Assembly: GCA_030390025.1 (NCBI GenBank)
Contig: CM059431.1
Coordinates: 153,452,001 to 153,516,000 of the forward strand
Reading direction: 5' to 3'
Source: Squalus acanthias
Taxonomy: Eukaryota
DNA length: 64,000 nucleotides
Part shown: positions 24,076 through 36,780 of the stretch, one piece after another
Layout: each line of letters begins with the position of its first letter
How positions within the stretch are numbered: the stretch's first letter is position 1
Notes under the pieces: model-generated
Database searches by the model: none
The model's input: the letters and a program-made list of their open reading frames with translations, nothing else
Told to the model about the DNA's origin: nothing
Translations under genes and position numbers: made by a program

Positions 24076-25002
24076 ATGGCAGGGGAGGCAGTGAAATGTT
24101 CCTCCTGCAGAATGTTTGAGGTGAGAGACGCCGTAGGTGTCCCTGCTGATTACACCTGTGGGAAGTGCACCCATCTCCAGCTTCTCGAAAACCGTGTTAG
24201 GGAACTGGAGCTGGAGCTGGATGAACTTCGGATCATTCGGGAGGCAGAGGAGGTCATAGATAGAAGCTTCAGGGATGTAATTACTCCAAAGCATGTAGAT
24301 AGATGGGTGACGGTGAGAGGGGCTAGGAGGAAGCAGTCAGTGCAGGGATCCTCTGTGGTCGTTCCCCTCAGTAACAGGTATACCGCTTTGAATACTGTTG
24401 AGGGGGACGACTTACCAGTGGTAAGCCACGGTGAGCGGATCTCCGGCGCTGGGTCGGTCCCTGTGGCTCAGAAGGGAAGGGGGGAGAGCAGGAGAGCAAT
24501 AGTTATTGGGGACTCAATAGTCAGAGGGACAGATAGGAGGTTCTGTGGCAGCAAAAGAGACTCACGGATGGTATGTTGCCTCCCGGGTGCCAGGGTCCGT
24601 GACGTCTCGGACCGTGTTTTCAGAATCCTCAAAGGGGAAGGGGAACAATCACAAGTCGTGGTACACATCGGTACCAACGACATAGGTAGGAGAAGGGACG
24701 GGGATTTAAAACAGGAATTTAGGGAGCTAGGTTGGAAGCTGAGAGCCAGTACAAACCATGTTGTAATTTCTGGTTTTTTGCCGGTGCCACGTGCTAGCGA
24801 GTTGAGGAACAGGGAGAGAGTGCAGATAAACACGTGGCTGCAGGGATGGTGTAGGGGGGAGGGTTTCAGTTATGTGGATAATTGGAGCACATTCTGGGGA
24901 AGGTGGGACCTGTACAAACAGGACGGTTTGCACCTGAACCAGAGGGGCACCAATATCCTGGGAGGGAAATTTGCTACGGCTCTTCGGGGGGGTTTAAACT
25001 AA
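24076..25002 (+). CDS. CR1 ORF1p: zinc finger/leucine zipper + SGNH esterase domain (intact, 308 aa)
   Basis: CSSCRM..CGKC, LELELDEL coiled coil, IGDSIVR, CLPGARV, HIGTND, DGLHLN. Confidence 0.93.
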   Translation: MAGEAVKCSSCRMFEVRDAVGVPADYTCGKCTHLQLLENRVRELELELDELRIIREAEEVIDRSFRDVITPKHVDRWVTVRGARRKQSVQGSSVVVPLSNRYTALNTVEGDDLPVVSHGERISGAGSVPVAQKGRGESRRAIVIGDSIVRGTDRRFCGSKRDSRMVCCLPGARVRDVSDRVFRILKGEGEQSQVVVHIGTNDIGRRRDGDLKQEFRELGWKLRASTNHVVISGFLPVPRASELRNRERVQINTWLQGWCRGEGFSYVDNWSTFWGRWDLYKQDGLHLNQRGTNILGGKFATALRGGLN

Positions 25003-27894
25003 TTTTTCAGGGGGATGGGAAAAAGGGCTGTAGTCCACGAGCCAGTGGTGAGTGTAGGGAGGTACTGAGGAGGGTATCAAGGTCGCAGGAATGTACCGGC
25101 AGACAGGAAGATGGCTTGAAGTGTGTCTACTTCAATGCAAGGAGCATCCGGAAAAAGGTAGGAGAACTTGGAGCGTGGATTGGTACTTGGGACTATGATG
25201 TGGTGGCCATTACGGAGACATGGTTAGAACAGGGACAGGAATGGTTGTTGGAAGTTCCGGGGTATAGATGTTTCAGTAAGAGTAGGGAAGTTGGTAAGAA
25301 AGGTGGAGGAGGAGCATTGTTAATCAAGGGTATTTTAACAGCGGCAGAAAGGCAGTTCGAGGGGGATCTGCCGTCTGAGGTAATATGGGCTGAAGTTAGA
25401 AATAGGAAAGGAGCGGTCACGTTGTTAGGAGTTTTCTACAGGCCCCCAAATAGTAGATGTGGAGGAAGAAATTGCAAAGCAGATTATGAATAGGTGTGGA
25501 GGTCACAGAGTAGTTGTCATGGGTGACTTCAACTTTCCAAATATTGATTGGAACCTTTATAGGTCAAACAGTTCGGATGGGATAGTTTTTGCACAGTGTG
25601 TGCAGGAGGGTTTCCTGACACAATATGTGGATAGGCCGACAAGAGGTGGGGCCACGTTGGATTTGGTACTGGGTAATGAACCGGGCCAAGTGTTTGATTT
25701 GTATGTGGGAGAGCACTTTGGAGATAGTGACCACAATTCGGTAACTTTCACTATTGCAATGGAGAGGCATAGGGCCATACGGCAGGGCAGGGTTTATAAT
25801 TGGGGGAGTGGTAATTATGATGCGATTAGGCAAGAATTAGGGAGTATAAGATGGGAACAGAAACTATGAGGGAAAGGCACAAACGAAAAGTGGAGCTTTT
25901 TCATGGTGCAATTACTGCGTGTCCTTGATAGGTATGTCCCTGTCAGGCAGGGAGGAAATGGCCGAGTGAGAGAACCATGGTTCACAAAAGAGGTTGAATG
26001 TCTAGTCAAGAGGAAAAAGGAAGCGTATGTAAGGATGAGAAAATAAGGTTCAGTTGGGTCGATTGAGGGGTACAAGGTAGCAAGGAATGAGCTAAAAAAA
26101 GAGCTTAGGAGAGCTAGGAGGGGGCATGAGAAGTCCTTGGCGGGTCGGATCAAGAAAAACCCCAAGGCTTTTTACTCTTATGTGAGAAATAAAAGAATGA
26201 CCAGGGTGAGGGTAGGGCCGGTCAAGGACAGTAGTGGGAACTTGTGCATGGAGTCAGAAGAGATAGGAGAGGTGATGAATATATACTTTTCGTCAGTGTT
26301 CACCGAGGAGAGGGGCCATGTTCTTGAGGATGAGAGTGTGATAAAGGTGGATAGGCTGGAGGTTGTAGATGTTCTGAGGGAAGATGTTTTAGCAATTTTG
26401 AAGAACCTGAGGGTCGATAAGTCCCCTGGGCCAGATGGGATATATCCTAGGATTCTTTGGGAGGCAAGGGAGGAGATTGCAGAGCATCTGGCTTTGATCT
26501 TTGGGTCCTCACTGTCCACGGGGATGGTGCCAGAGCACTGGAGAGTGGCGACTGTTGTTCCTCTCTTCAAGAAAGGAAATAGGAATGACCCTGGTAATTA
26601 TAGGCCGGTTAGTCTTACTTCGGTGGTCGGTAAGATAATGGAAAAGGTCCTGAGGGATAGGATTTATGACCATTTGGAAAGGGGCAACGTAATCAGGGAT
26701 AGTCAACACGGATTCGTGAAGGGTAAGTCTTGCCTAACAAATTTGATTGAATTCTTTGAGGAGGTAACTAAGTGTGTAGATAAAGGTAGAGCAGTTGATG
26801 TCGTATACATGGATTTTAGTAAGGCGTTTGATAAGGTTCCCCATGGTCGTCTCATGAAGAAAGTAAGGAGTTGTGGGATAGAGGGAAATTTGGCCGATTG
26901 GATAAGTAACTGGCTATCTCATAGAAGGCAGAGGGTGGTGGTGGATGGAACATTTTCGGACTGGAGACCAGTTACCAGCGGTGTGCCACAGGGGTCGGTG
27001 CTGGGTCCTCTGCTGTTTGTGATTTTTATCAATGACTTGGAGGAGGGGACTGAAGGGTGGATCAGTAACTTTGCTGATGACACCAAGATTGGTGGAGTAG
27101 TGGATGAGGTGGAGGGCAGTTGTAGGCTGCAAAGAGACATTGATAGGATGCAGAGCTGGGCCGAAAAATGGCAGATGGAATTTAACCCTGATAAGTGCGA
27201 GGTGATTCATTTTGGTAGGGCAAATTTGAATAAGGATTACAGGGTCAACGGCAGGGTTCTGAGGAACGTGGAGGAGCAGAGGGATCTGGGGGTTCATATC
27301 CACAGATCTCTGAAGGTTGCCACTCAAGTGGATAGAGCAGTAAAGAAGGCCTATGGTGTGTTGGCGTTTATTAACAGAGGGTTTGAGTTTAAGAACCGTG
27401 AGGTTATGCTGCAACTGTACAGGACCTTGGTGAGACCACATTTGGAATATTGTGTGCAGTTCTGGTCACCTCACTATAGGAAGGACGTGGAAGCATTGGA
27501 AAGAGTGCAAAGGAGATTTACCAGGATGCTGCCTGGTTTGGGGGGGAGGTCTTATGAGGAAAGATTGAGGGAGTTGGGGCTTTTCTCTTTAGAGCGGAGG
27601 AGGATGAGAGGCGACTTAATAGAGGTTTATAAGATGATGAGGGGGATAGATAGAGTGGATGTTCAGAGACTATTTCCTCTGGTAGAGGCAGCTGTTACAA
27701 GGGGGCATAACTATAAGGTGCATGGGGTGAGATATAGAAGGGATGTCCGAGGTAGATTCATTACTCAGAGAGTGGTTGGGGTGTGGAATGGACTGCCTGC
27801 TGTGATAGTGGAGTCGGACACTTTAGGAACTTTCAAGCGGTTATTGGATAAGCACATGGAGCACACCAGAGTGATAGGGAGTGTGATAGCTTGA
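25003..27894 (+). pseudogene. CR1 ORF2p (APE endonuclease + RT) with one frameshift and two nonsense codons
   Basis: [61 protein letters not shown]. Frameshift near 25455; in-frame stops at 25867-25869 and about 26044. Confidence 0.93.
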
Positions 27895-30800
27895 TCTTGG
27901 TCTCGGACAATGCTCGGCACAACATCGAGGGCCGAAGGGCCTGTACTGTGCTGGACTGTTCTATGTTCTATGTTCTATCAGGCGTTGCGACTCCGTGGCA
28001 TTCCATGTTCAATACAAGATCAATGTGATTGCTTGGTGTATCCATTGAAGTAATATTTTCAAAGTCGTCATGTTTGTGTACCTTTTACAACTTGTAAATT
28101 AAAATCTTTTTATCTGGGGTGTTCCATACATTTCTTATTTACGTCAATTGTTTTTTATCAGACAATGTGACTCCATCCTCAAGCTTAGCATTTAAACTAT
28201 TTGTTCAGCAGGCGTTTATTTTACTTGATGTCATTTCTTCAAAGCCTTCTGTATGTATTATATTTACAATATGTAAATTGAAAACACTTTAACTCAGTGT
28301 TTACTTGTTTTCTCGCGATGTGAATTGGTTGCACATTTAATCGTGTTTCCTGTTTCTAAGTTTATCATAAAACTATTTTACGACAGGTATTTCTTAATTG
28401 ATGTCATTTTTTTCAAATGCACTTGTTTTTTTTAATGTCCTCTGCACCTGTTCGACGTGTTAGATTATAAAACTTTACTTGGGTCATTCCATTGTTTTTC
28501 TCCCAAACTCAAGACATAGAGGAACCTCCCAATAGTTTGCTTCATTAGGGCATTGCCTTTGTCTCTATCCCATTCCCATATCAAACTTTGTGTTTACAGC
28601 TTTGTGTTAACAAACCATCTTATCTCATAAGCCTGTATTCTGTTTGCAGCCTGTGTCTGCCAAGGCTTATGATTTTAAACCCAGTACGTCATGTATTAAT
28701 ACTTTCAGAAATCTCTTTTTATTATCGTATATTATTCTGAATCCTGGCTATTCCTTCACAAGAGTCTTACCATCAGGGACCTCTTTTAAAGAGTGAGAAT
28801 CACCATCAGGGATTCCTTGTAAAGAGTGAGTCATTCTGTCAGGGTGTGCTTTAAAGAGGGAGACTCACCTTCAGAGACACTTTTAAAGAGCGAGTCTAAC
28901 CATCAGGGACCTCTTATTTAGAGGGAGCTTCAGAATCAGGGACCCCTTTTAAACGAGAGAGTCTCCCCATTAGGGAACCCTATTAAAGAGGGAGTCTCAC
29001 CTTTAGGGACCCATATTAAAGAGGTTGTCTCACCATTAGGGACTGCTTTTAAAGAGGGAGGCTCACCATCAGGGAACCCTTTTAAAGAGGGAGTCTTTCT
29101 TTCAGCGACCCCTTTTAAAGGTGATGTCTCACTTCAGGGATACCATTTAAAGAGGGAGTCTCACCATCAGGGGCCCCTATTAAAGAGAGAGTCTTTCTAT
29201 CAGGGACCACTTTTATAGAGGGCGTCTCTCTCTCAGGGACTCCTATAAAAGAGAGAGTCTCCACATCAGGGAACTTTTTTAAAAAGTCAGTCTCCCCATC
29301 AGGGAACCCTTTTAATGAGAGAGTTTCGCCATCAGGGTCCCCTTTTAAATAGGGAGTCTTTCTGTCGGGGATCCCTTTTACATAGCGAGTCTCAGCATCA
29401 GGGACCCCTTTTAAAGTGAGAATATGTCCATTATGGATCCCTTTTAAAGAAGAAGTCTCACCATCAGGGATCAATTTTAAAGAGGGAGTCTTTCCAGCAG
29501 GGAGTCCTTTTAAAGATGGAGAATTTCTATCAGGGAGCTATTTTACAGAGAGCCTTACCATCAGGGTTCCCTTTTAAAGAGGGATTCTTTCTATCAAGGA
29601 GCCCTTTTAAAGAGTGAGGCTCACCATCAGGGATCACTTGTAAAGAGAGAGTCTTTCTATCAGGGTGTCCTTTAAAGAGGGAGTCTCACCATCAGAGACA
29701 CTTTTAAAGAGGGAGTTTCACCATTAGGGAACCCTATTAAATAGGGAGTCTCACCATCAGGGACTCATTTTAAAGATGGAATCTATCTCTCAGAGAGCTC
29801 TTTTAAAGAATATCTTACCATCAGCGATCCCTTTTAAAGAGGGAGTCTTTCAATCAGGAACACCTTTTATAGATAGTCTTACCATCAGGGACCCCTTTTA
29901 AAGAGGGAGTCTCACACTCGGGGACACCTTTTAAAGAGGGAGTCTCACAATCAGGGTCCCCTTTTAACGAGTGAATCTCACCATCAGAGATCCTTTTAAA
30001 GAGGGATTCCTTCTTTCAAGGACGCCTTTTAAAGTGAGAGTCTCCCATTAGGTACCTCTTTTAAAGAGGCTCACCATCAGGGAACACTTTAAAATTGAGA
30101 ATCTCACCGTCAGAGAAGCTTTTAAAGAGGGAGTCTTTGTAGCAGGGAGACATGTTAAAGGGAGACTCTCAAACCAAGGGCCACCTTTTAAAGCGGGAGT
30201 CTCATAATCAGGGACACCTTTTAAAAAGAGAATCTCACAATCAGAGATACTTTTAAAGAGGGAGTCTTTCTTACAAGGATCCCTTTTAAAGTGAGGGTCT
30301 CCCCATTAGGGACCCCTTTTAAAGAGGCTCACCATCAGGGATCACATTTAAAAAGGGTGGTTAAGCATCAGAGTCCACTTTGAAAGAAGGAGACTCACCG
30401 CCAGAGAACCTTTTAAAGAGGGATGATTTCTATCAGAGGCACCTTTTAAAGAGGTTGTCTCCACATTAGGGACCCATTTTAAAAATGGAGTCTTTCTATT
30501 AGGGACCCCTTTTAAAGTGGGCGTCTTTCTATCATGGATCCAATTGAGAGAGAGTCTCCATATTAGGACACCTTTTAAAGAGGCAGCCTCACCATCAGGG
30601 ACACGTTTTAAAGAGGGTGTTTCAGCATCAGGGACTCGTATTAAAGAGGGAGTCTCACCATTTGGGATCCCTTTTAAAGAAGAAGTCTCACCATCAGAGA
30701 TCCCTTTTAAAGATGGAGTCTCATCATCGGGGTCACCTTTTAAACGAGAGAGTCTCCCCATTTGTGATCCCTTTTAATGAGAATGTCTCACCATCATTGT

Positions 30801-31755
30801 CCCCTTTTAAAGAGAGGGTCTCTCAATCAGGGACCTCTTTTAAACAGGGGGTATCCCCTTCAGGAACCCTTTTTAACGAGAGAGTCGCTCCACGAGGGAC
30901 CCCTTTTAAAGATGGAGTCTAACCTTCAGGGACCCCTTTTAAAGAGGGTGTCTCACCATCAGGGACCCCTTTTAAAGAGAGAGTCTTTCTATCAAGGACC
31001 CCTTTTAAAGAGGGCATCTTTCTATCAGTAACCCAATAAAGAAAGAGTCTCCCTCTTAGGTACACTTTTAAAGAGGCAGTTGCACCATCAGGGACGCGTA
31101 TTGAAGAGGATGTTTCAGCATCGGGGACTCCGATTAAAGAGGGAATCTCAACATCAGGGACCCCTTTTAAAGAGGGAGTCTTTGAATCAGGGAGCCCTTT
31201 TAATGTGAGTCGTAACATCAGGGACCCCCTTTTAAAGCGGGAGTGTCTCAATCAGGGTCACCTTTTAAAGAGGATGTCTCCCCATCAGGGACCCCTTTTA
31301 AAGAGGGATTCTCACCATCAGGGCCCAAATTTTAAGAAGGAGTCTAAACAACAGGGACCGCTTTTAAAGAGAGACTCAACATCAGGGACCCCTTTTAAAG
31401 AGAGAGTCTCACATATTGGGGTCCCTCATAAACAGGGTGTCTCGCCATCAGGGACCCCTTTTAAACGAAAGAGTCCCCCCATCAGAGACCACTTTTAAAG
31501 AGTGAGTCTCACCATCAGGGTCCCGTTTTAAATACTGTGTATCCCCTTCAGGGACCACTATTAATGAGTCTCTCCTACAGGGACCCCATTTAAAGAGGAA
31601 GTCTCACAATCAGGGACCATTTTCAAGAGGGTGCCGCACCATCAGGGACACCTTTTAAAGAGGGAGTCTCACCATCAGAGATCTCTTCTAAAGAGGGAGT
31701 ATCTCCATCAGGCACCGCTTTTAAAGAGGGAGTGTCTCCATCAGGGACCACTTTT

Positions 31756-32410
31756 GGAGTCATAGTGTCCTTGACTATCAACATAGCGCAGGAGGAGCAC
31801 TTCAGGCTGCCGAGCTGCCCTGCCATGTCCTACCCTTAATTTACTCCCTTTAAATTAAAGAATATTAAATACACGAGGGACCTTACTTCCCTTTAAACAC
31901 TAGTTACTCCAAACTAGAGACCTTACTTTTACTTTAATGACTGGAATGTAGAAAGACAGTAGAAATACTCACTGCTTGTTCTCTGTCCCCCCTTGTGCAG
32001 CTTTTTAGCTCCTGCTCTCCTGGAAGCTGACAAAGATGGAAAAAGAAAGGAACACCTCCCTCCCCGATCTCGCTCACTCACCAAACTCGCAGCTTAACAC
32101 TCTTTTCCGATCTGCAATTCGTGACGAACTACACTCTAGCCTCCCTTATTTATAATGCTGAGATTTATATAAGTGAGCTCTCTGGCAGTGACAGAACCAA
32201 ATTAGACTATTTAATTAATTAATTACACTCACCTGCTCTCCAGCACAGTGATTGATTAGCCCTGCCCAAGCCTGGAAGAAACTTAAAACTTGAAACAGTA
32301 AATTTTAATGTTAATTGCAAGCACATAAGACTTCAATTTATAAAAATAAGAGATTAACCTTTAAGATTTATTCCCTCACTCCTCAAACTCGCAGATTAAC
32401 ACTCTGTTCC
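31756..32410 (-). mobile_element. CR1 5'-end-only fragment (5' UTR + first ~24 codons of ORF1)
   Basis: MAGQLGSLKCSSCAM matches the ORF1 start MAGEAVKCSSCRM, then fuses to satellite at about 31756; non-satellite UTR extends to about 32410. Confidence 0.75.
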
Positions 32411-35371
32411 TCCATCAGAGATCCCTTGTAAAGAGGGTGTGTCTTCATCAGGGACCACTTTTAAAGAGGGAGTCTCCCCAACAGGGACACTTTTAAAGAG
32501 GGAGGCTCACCATCAGGAACCCGTTTTAAAGATGGAGTCTCAACATCAGGGACCTCTTTTAAAGAGAGAGCCTCACAATCAGGGACACGTTTTAAAGAGG
32601 TAGTATCACCATCAGGGACCTGTTTTAAAGAGGGTGTCTCACATCAGGGACCCCTTTTAAACAGGGAGTCTTTACAGAAGGGAGTCCATTTAAAGAGGCA
32701 GTCTCACATCAGAGACCTAAATTAAAGAGACAGTCGCACCATCAGGGACCCCTTTTAAAGAGGGATAATCCCCTTCATGGACCCATTTTAAAGAGGGTCT
32801 CTCACCATCAGGATCCATTTTCAAGAGGGAATATTTATCTCAGGGAGCTATTTTAAAGAGTGAGTCTCAGCATCAGGGATCCCTTTTAAAGAGGGAATCT
32901 TTCTATCAGGGAGTCCAATTAAAGAGGGAGTCTAACCATCAGAGACCCTTTTAAAGAGGGAGTCTTTTTCTCAGTGTACCCTTTTAAATAGAGTCTTACC
33001 ATCAGAGACACCTTTTAAAGAGGGAGTCTCAATATCAGAGACCATTTTATCGAGGGATTCTCTCCATCACGGTCTCCTTTGAAAGAGTGAGTCTCACCAT
33101 CAGGGACCCCTTTTAAATGGGGAGTCCTTCTATCAGGGAGTCCTTTTAAAGAGAGAGTTTCACCATCAGAGACACGTTTAAAGAGGGAGTCTCACCATCA
33201 GGGACCCCTTTTAAAGAGGTTGTCTCACCATTAGGGACCCTTTTAAAGAGCGAGTCTAACCATCAGGGACCCATTTTAAAGAGAGAGCATTTCCATCAGG
33301 AACCCCTTTTAAAGAAGGTGTCTTTCTATCAGTGACCCCTTTTAAAGAGGATGTTTGTTAGCATTAGGGACTCCTATTACAGATGGAATCTCACCAACAG
33401 CGACATCTTTTAAAGAGGCAGTCTCCCCATCAGGGACCCCTTTTAAAGACAGAGTTTCGCCATCAGGGTCCCATTGTAAAGAGAGAGTTTTTGTATCAGG
33501 GACACCTTTTAAAGGGGCGGCATCACCGTCTGGGACGCCTTTTAAAGAGGGTGTCCCACCATCAGGGACCCCTTTTAAAGAGGGAGTCTTTCTATCAGGG
33601 ACACATTTTAAAGATGCAGTCTCAACCTCGGATATCAATTTTAAAGAGAACGTTATTCTATCAACGACCCCTTTTAAGAGGGTGTTTCTGCATCAGGGAA
33701 GAATTTTAAAGAGAGAGTCTCCCCATGATTGAGACCTAGTAAAAAGAGTGAATCTCAATATCAGGGACCCCTTTTAAAGAGGTTTTTTCAGCATTTGAGA
33801 CTCCTATTAAAGTGTGAGTCTCCCACATCAGGGACCCATTTTAAAGAGAGATGCTCACCATTAGGGAATACTTTTAAAGAGAGTGTCTCAGCATCAGGTA
33901 CATCTTTTAAAGAGAGGGTCTCGCCATCAGGGACATCTTTTAAAGAGGGAGCATCGCCATTAGTGACACCTTTTAAACAGGTAGTCTCACCGTCAGATAA
34001 TCTTTAAAGAGGTTAACTTTCTATCAGGGAGCCCTTTTAAAGAGGGAGTTTCACCATGAGGGACAATTTTAAAGAGGAAGTCTTACCATCAGGGATCCCT
34101 TTTAAAGAGTGAAACATTCTGACAGGGAGCACTTTTAAGGGGGGAATCCCTCCCTCGGGGACCCATTTTAAAGATAGAGTCTTTCTATCGGGGACCCCTT
34201 TTAAAGAGGGCGTCTTTCTATCAGGTACCCATTTTAAAGAAGGCGTCTTTCTATCAGGTTCCCCTTTTAAAGAGGAGTCTCACCATCAGGGACATCTTTT
34301 AAGAAGGCAGTCTTGACATCTGCATTCACTTGTAAAGAGGATGTTGAAGCATCAGCGATTCCTATTAAAGACGGAGTCTCACCATCAGGGAACCCTTTTA
34401 AAGAGGGAGTCTTACCATCAGGGACCCCTTTTAAAGAGGGTGTCCCACCATCAGGGATCCCTTTTAAAATGAGAGTCTTTCTATCAGGGACACATTTTAA
34501 AGATGTAGTCTCAACCTCGGGTATCCATTTTAAAGAGAGCGTTATTCTATCAAGGACTCCTTTTAAAGAGGGCGTCTATCTACCAGAGAGCACTTTTAAA
34601 GAGGGAGACCCTCCCTCGGGGACCCATTTTAAAGATAGAGTCTTTCTATCGCGGACCCCTTTTAAAGAGGCCGTCTTTCTATCAGGGACCAATTTTAAAG
34701 ATGGTGTTTCATCATCAGGTAATATTAAAGAGTGAGTCTCACCCTCAGGGACACATTTTAAAGAGGGTGTTTCTGCATCAGGAAGAATTTTAAAGAGAGA
34801 ATCTCCCCATGATTGAGACCTAGTAAAAAGAGTGAGACTCAATATCAATGACCCCTTTTAAAGAGGGTTTTTCAGCATTTGTGACTCCTATTAAAGAGCG
34901 AGTCTCCCAAATCAGGGACCCGTTTTAAAGAGAGATGCTCAGCATTAGGGAATAGTTTTAAAGAGAGTGTCTCACCGTTAGGGAATACTTTTAAAGAGAG
35001 TGTCTCACAATCAGGGACATCTTTTAAAGAGAGGGTCTCGCCATCAGGGACACATTTTAAAGAGGGTGCATCACCATCAGTGACACCTTTTAAACAGGTA
35101 GTCTCACCGTCAGAGAATCTTTAAAGAGGGCAACTTTCTATTTGGGAGTTTCACCATCAGGTATCACTTTTAAAGAGGAAGTCTTACCATCAGGGATCCC
35201 TTTTAAAGAGTGAAACTTTCTGACAGGGAGCACTTTTAATGAGGGAATCTCACCATCAGAGAACATTTTAAAGAAGGAATGTTTATATCAGGGAGCCATT
35301 TTAGAGAGAGTCTTACCATCAGGGAACCCTTTTTAAGAGTGAGTCTCACCATCAGGGACACCTTTTAAAGA

Positions 35372-35752
35372 GCTGAAACAACCCTATTTGAAAGGGGTTC
35401 TGATGATGAGACTCCCTCTTTAAAAGGGGTCCTCGATGTCGAGAGTCTCTCTATAAAAGGCGTCCCTGATGGGGGAGACGCACTCTTTGATAAGAGACTT
35501 TGATGCTGAAACACCCTCTTTAAAATGTGTCCCAGATGGTGAGAATCCCTCTTAAAAGGGGTCCGTAATGGGGAGACTCTCTTTAAAAAGGCTCTATGAT
35601 AGAAAGACGCCCTCTTTAAAAGGGGTCCCTAATAGAAAGATTCCCTCTTTAAAAGGGTCTCTGATTGTGAGACTCCCTCTTTAAAAGGGATCCCTAATGG
35701 GGAGATTCTGTCATTAAAATATGTCCCTGATGGTGAAACTCCCACTTAAAAA
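35372..35752 (-). repeat. Inverted block of satellite (~11 units), copy 1
   Basis: Units read CCCTGATGGTGAGACTCCCTCTTTAAAAGGGG, the reverse complement of the consensus. Confidence 0.95.
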
Positions 35753-36015
35753 GGAGTCTCACAATCAGGACCCCTTTTAAAGAGGGTGTATCTCCGTCAG
35801 GGAAGCTTTTTAATGAGAGAGTCTCTCCACCAGGGACCCCTTTGAAAGAGGGAGTCTCACCATCAGAGACACTTTTAAAGAGGAATTCCCACCATCAGGG
35901 ACCCCTTTTAAAGAGAGAGTCTCTATCAGGGACCCCTTTTAAAGCGGGTGTGTCACCATCAGGGATCCGTTTTAAAGAGGGAGGCTCAACATCAGCGATC
36001 ACTTTTAAAGATAGT

Positions 36016-36780
36016 GGCCCAGAAATTGGACTTCGATGGTTGCCGCGGGTGTAAGGATCCCCCGCGATATCGCACTCCGCGCCTACCTTTATGGTTTTTG
36101 GCCCACACGAACTTCAGTTCCTGGGCCTCCCCCTGGTGCCGGCGCGCAGTGTGTGCGTGTCCCAGAGGCGCAGTTAGTTCGATGCTACCTCTGGTATCAC
36201 GTGGGCCAGTTAGAGCCAATGGCAGCACACCATCTTTCATTCATACTTTTGACAGCAAGAGCTGTCAAAACTATGAATACAACAAGCCCCGAAAAGAACA
36301 GCTAAACCTCAATTAAATTTAAAAAAAGCCATCACATTAATAAAATAACTATAGTTAAATAAATTAACCACTTTAAACAAAAATTTAAATTTTTGATAAA
36401 ATCTAAATTCTTTTTAAAAGTTATAAAAATAAACTTACCTTTCTTTAAAGTCTCTAAAAAAGATAAACCTGTTGAAAAAAATTTAAAATAAAACTTGATT
36501 AGCTACTTAACTTGTTAAAAGTGGGTCTTACGCCTGCTTTCATTATGTGTAAAATCTTCAACACTTATCTGCGCGTTCAAACCTGGAAAAAAATCTAAGT
36601 GTGCTGCATGCGCATAACCTGTAGCGCGCACGCGGTTCACTTAGGAACCACCCCCTTCACAATACCCGAAGTGCCGGTTTCCCGCGCATCCACAGTGCAT
36701 GCAGGAAACCGGCACTTCGGGACCTAATACGCGAGAGTACACAGTGCGTAATCTCCAGTATTAGGTCTTATTTTCGGGCC
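36016..36780. mobile_element. Non-autonomous DNA transposon (PIF/Harbinger-like MITE, 765 bp)
   Basis: Ends GGCCCAGAAAT...ATTTTCGGGCC, 3-bp direct repeat AGT on both sides, GC-rich subterminal regions and an AT-rich core; no credible ORF. Confidence 0.75.

Larger units (their letters stand above)
23569..27977 (+). mobile_element. Full-length CR1-clade LINE
   Basis: GC-rich 5' repeats, ORF1, ORF2, 3' UTR GGGCCGAAGGGCCTG and (TGTTCTA)n tail; TATCA on both sides (23564-23568 and 27976-27980) as probable TSD. Confidence 0.95.
22660..28760 (-). mobile_element. Second solo LTR of the same family (about 1.69 kb: 22660-23568 + 27981-28760), split by a full-length CR1
   Basis: Minus strand begins TGTGAAGGAATAGCC (28760) and ends TAATTATCACTTCA (22660). 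TATAAAAA at 23288-23281, GTAAGT at 23208-23203, AATAAA at 23003-22998. Alignable by eye with 6081-7534 but substantially diverged. Confidence 0.85.
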
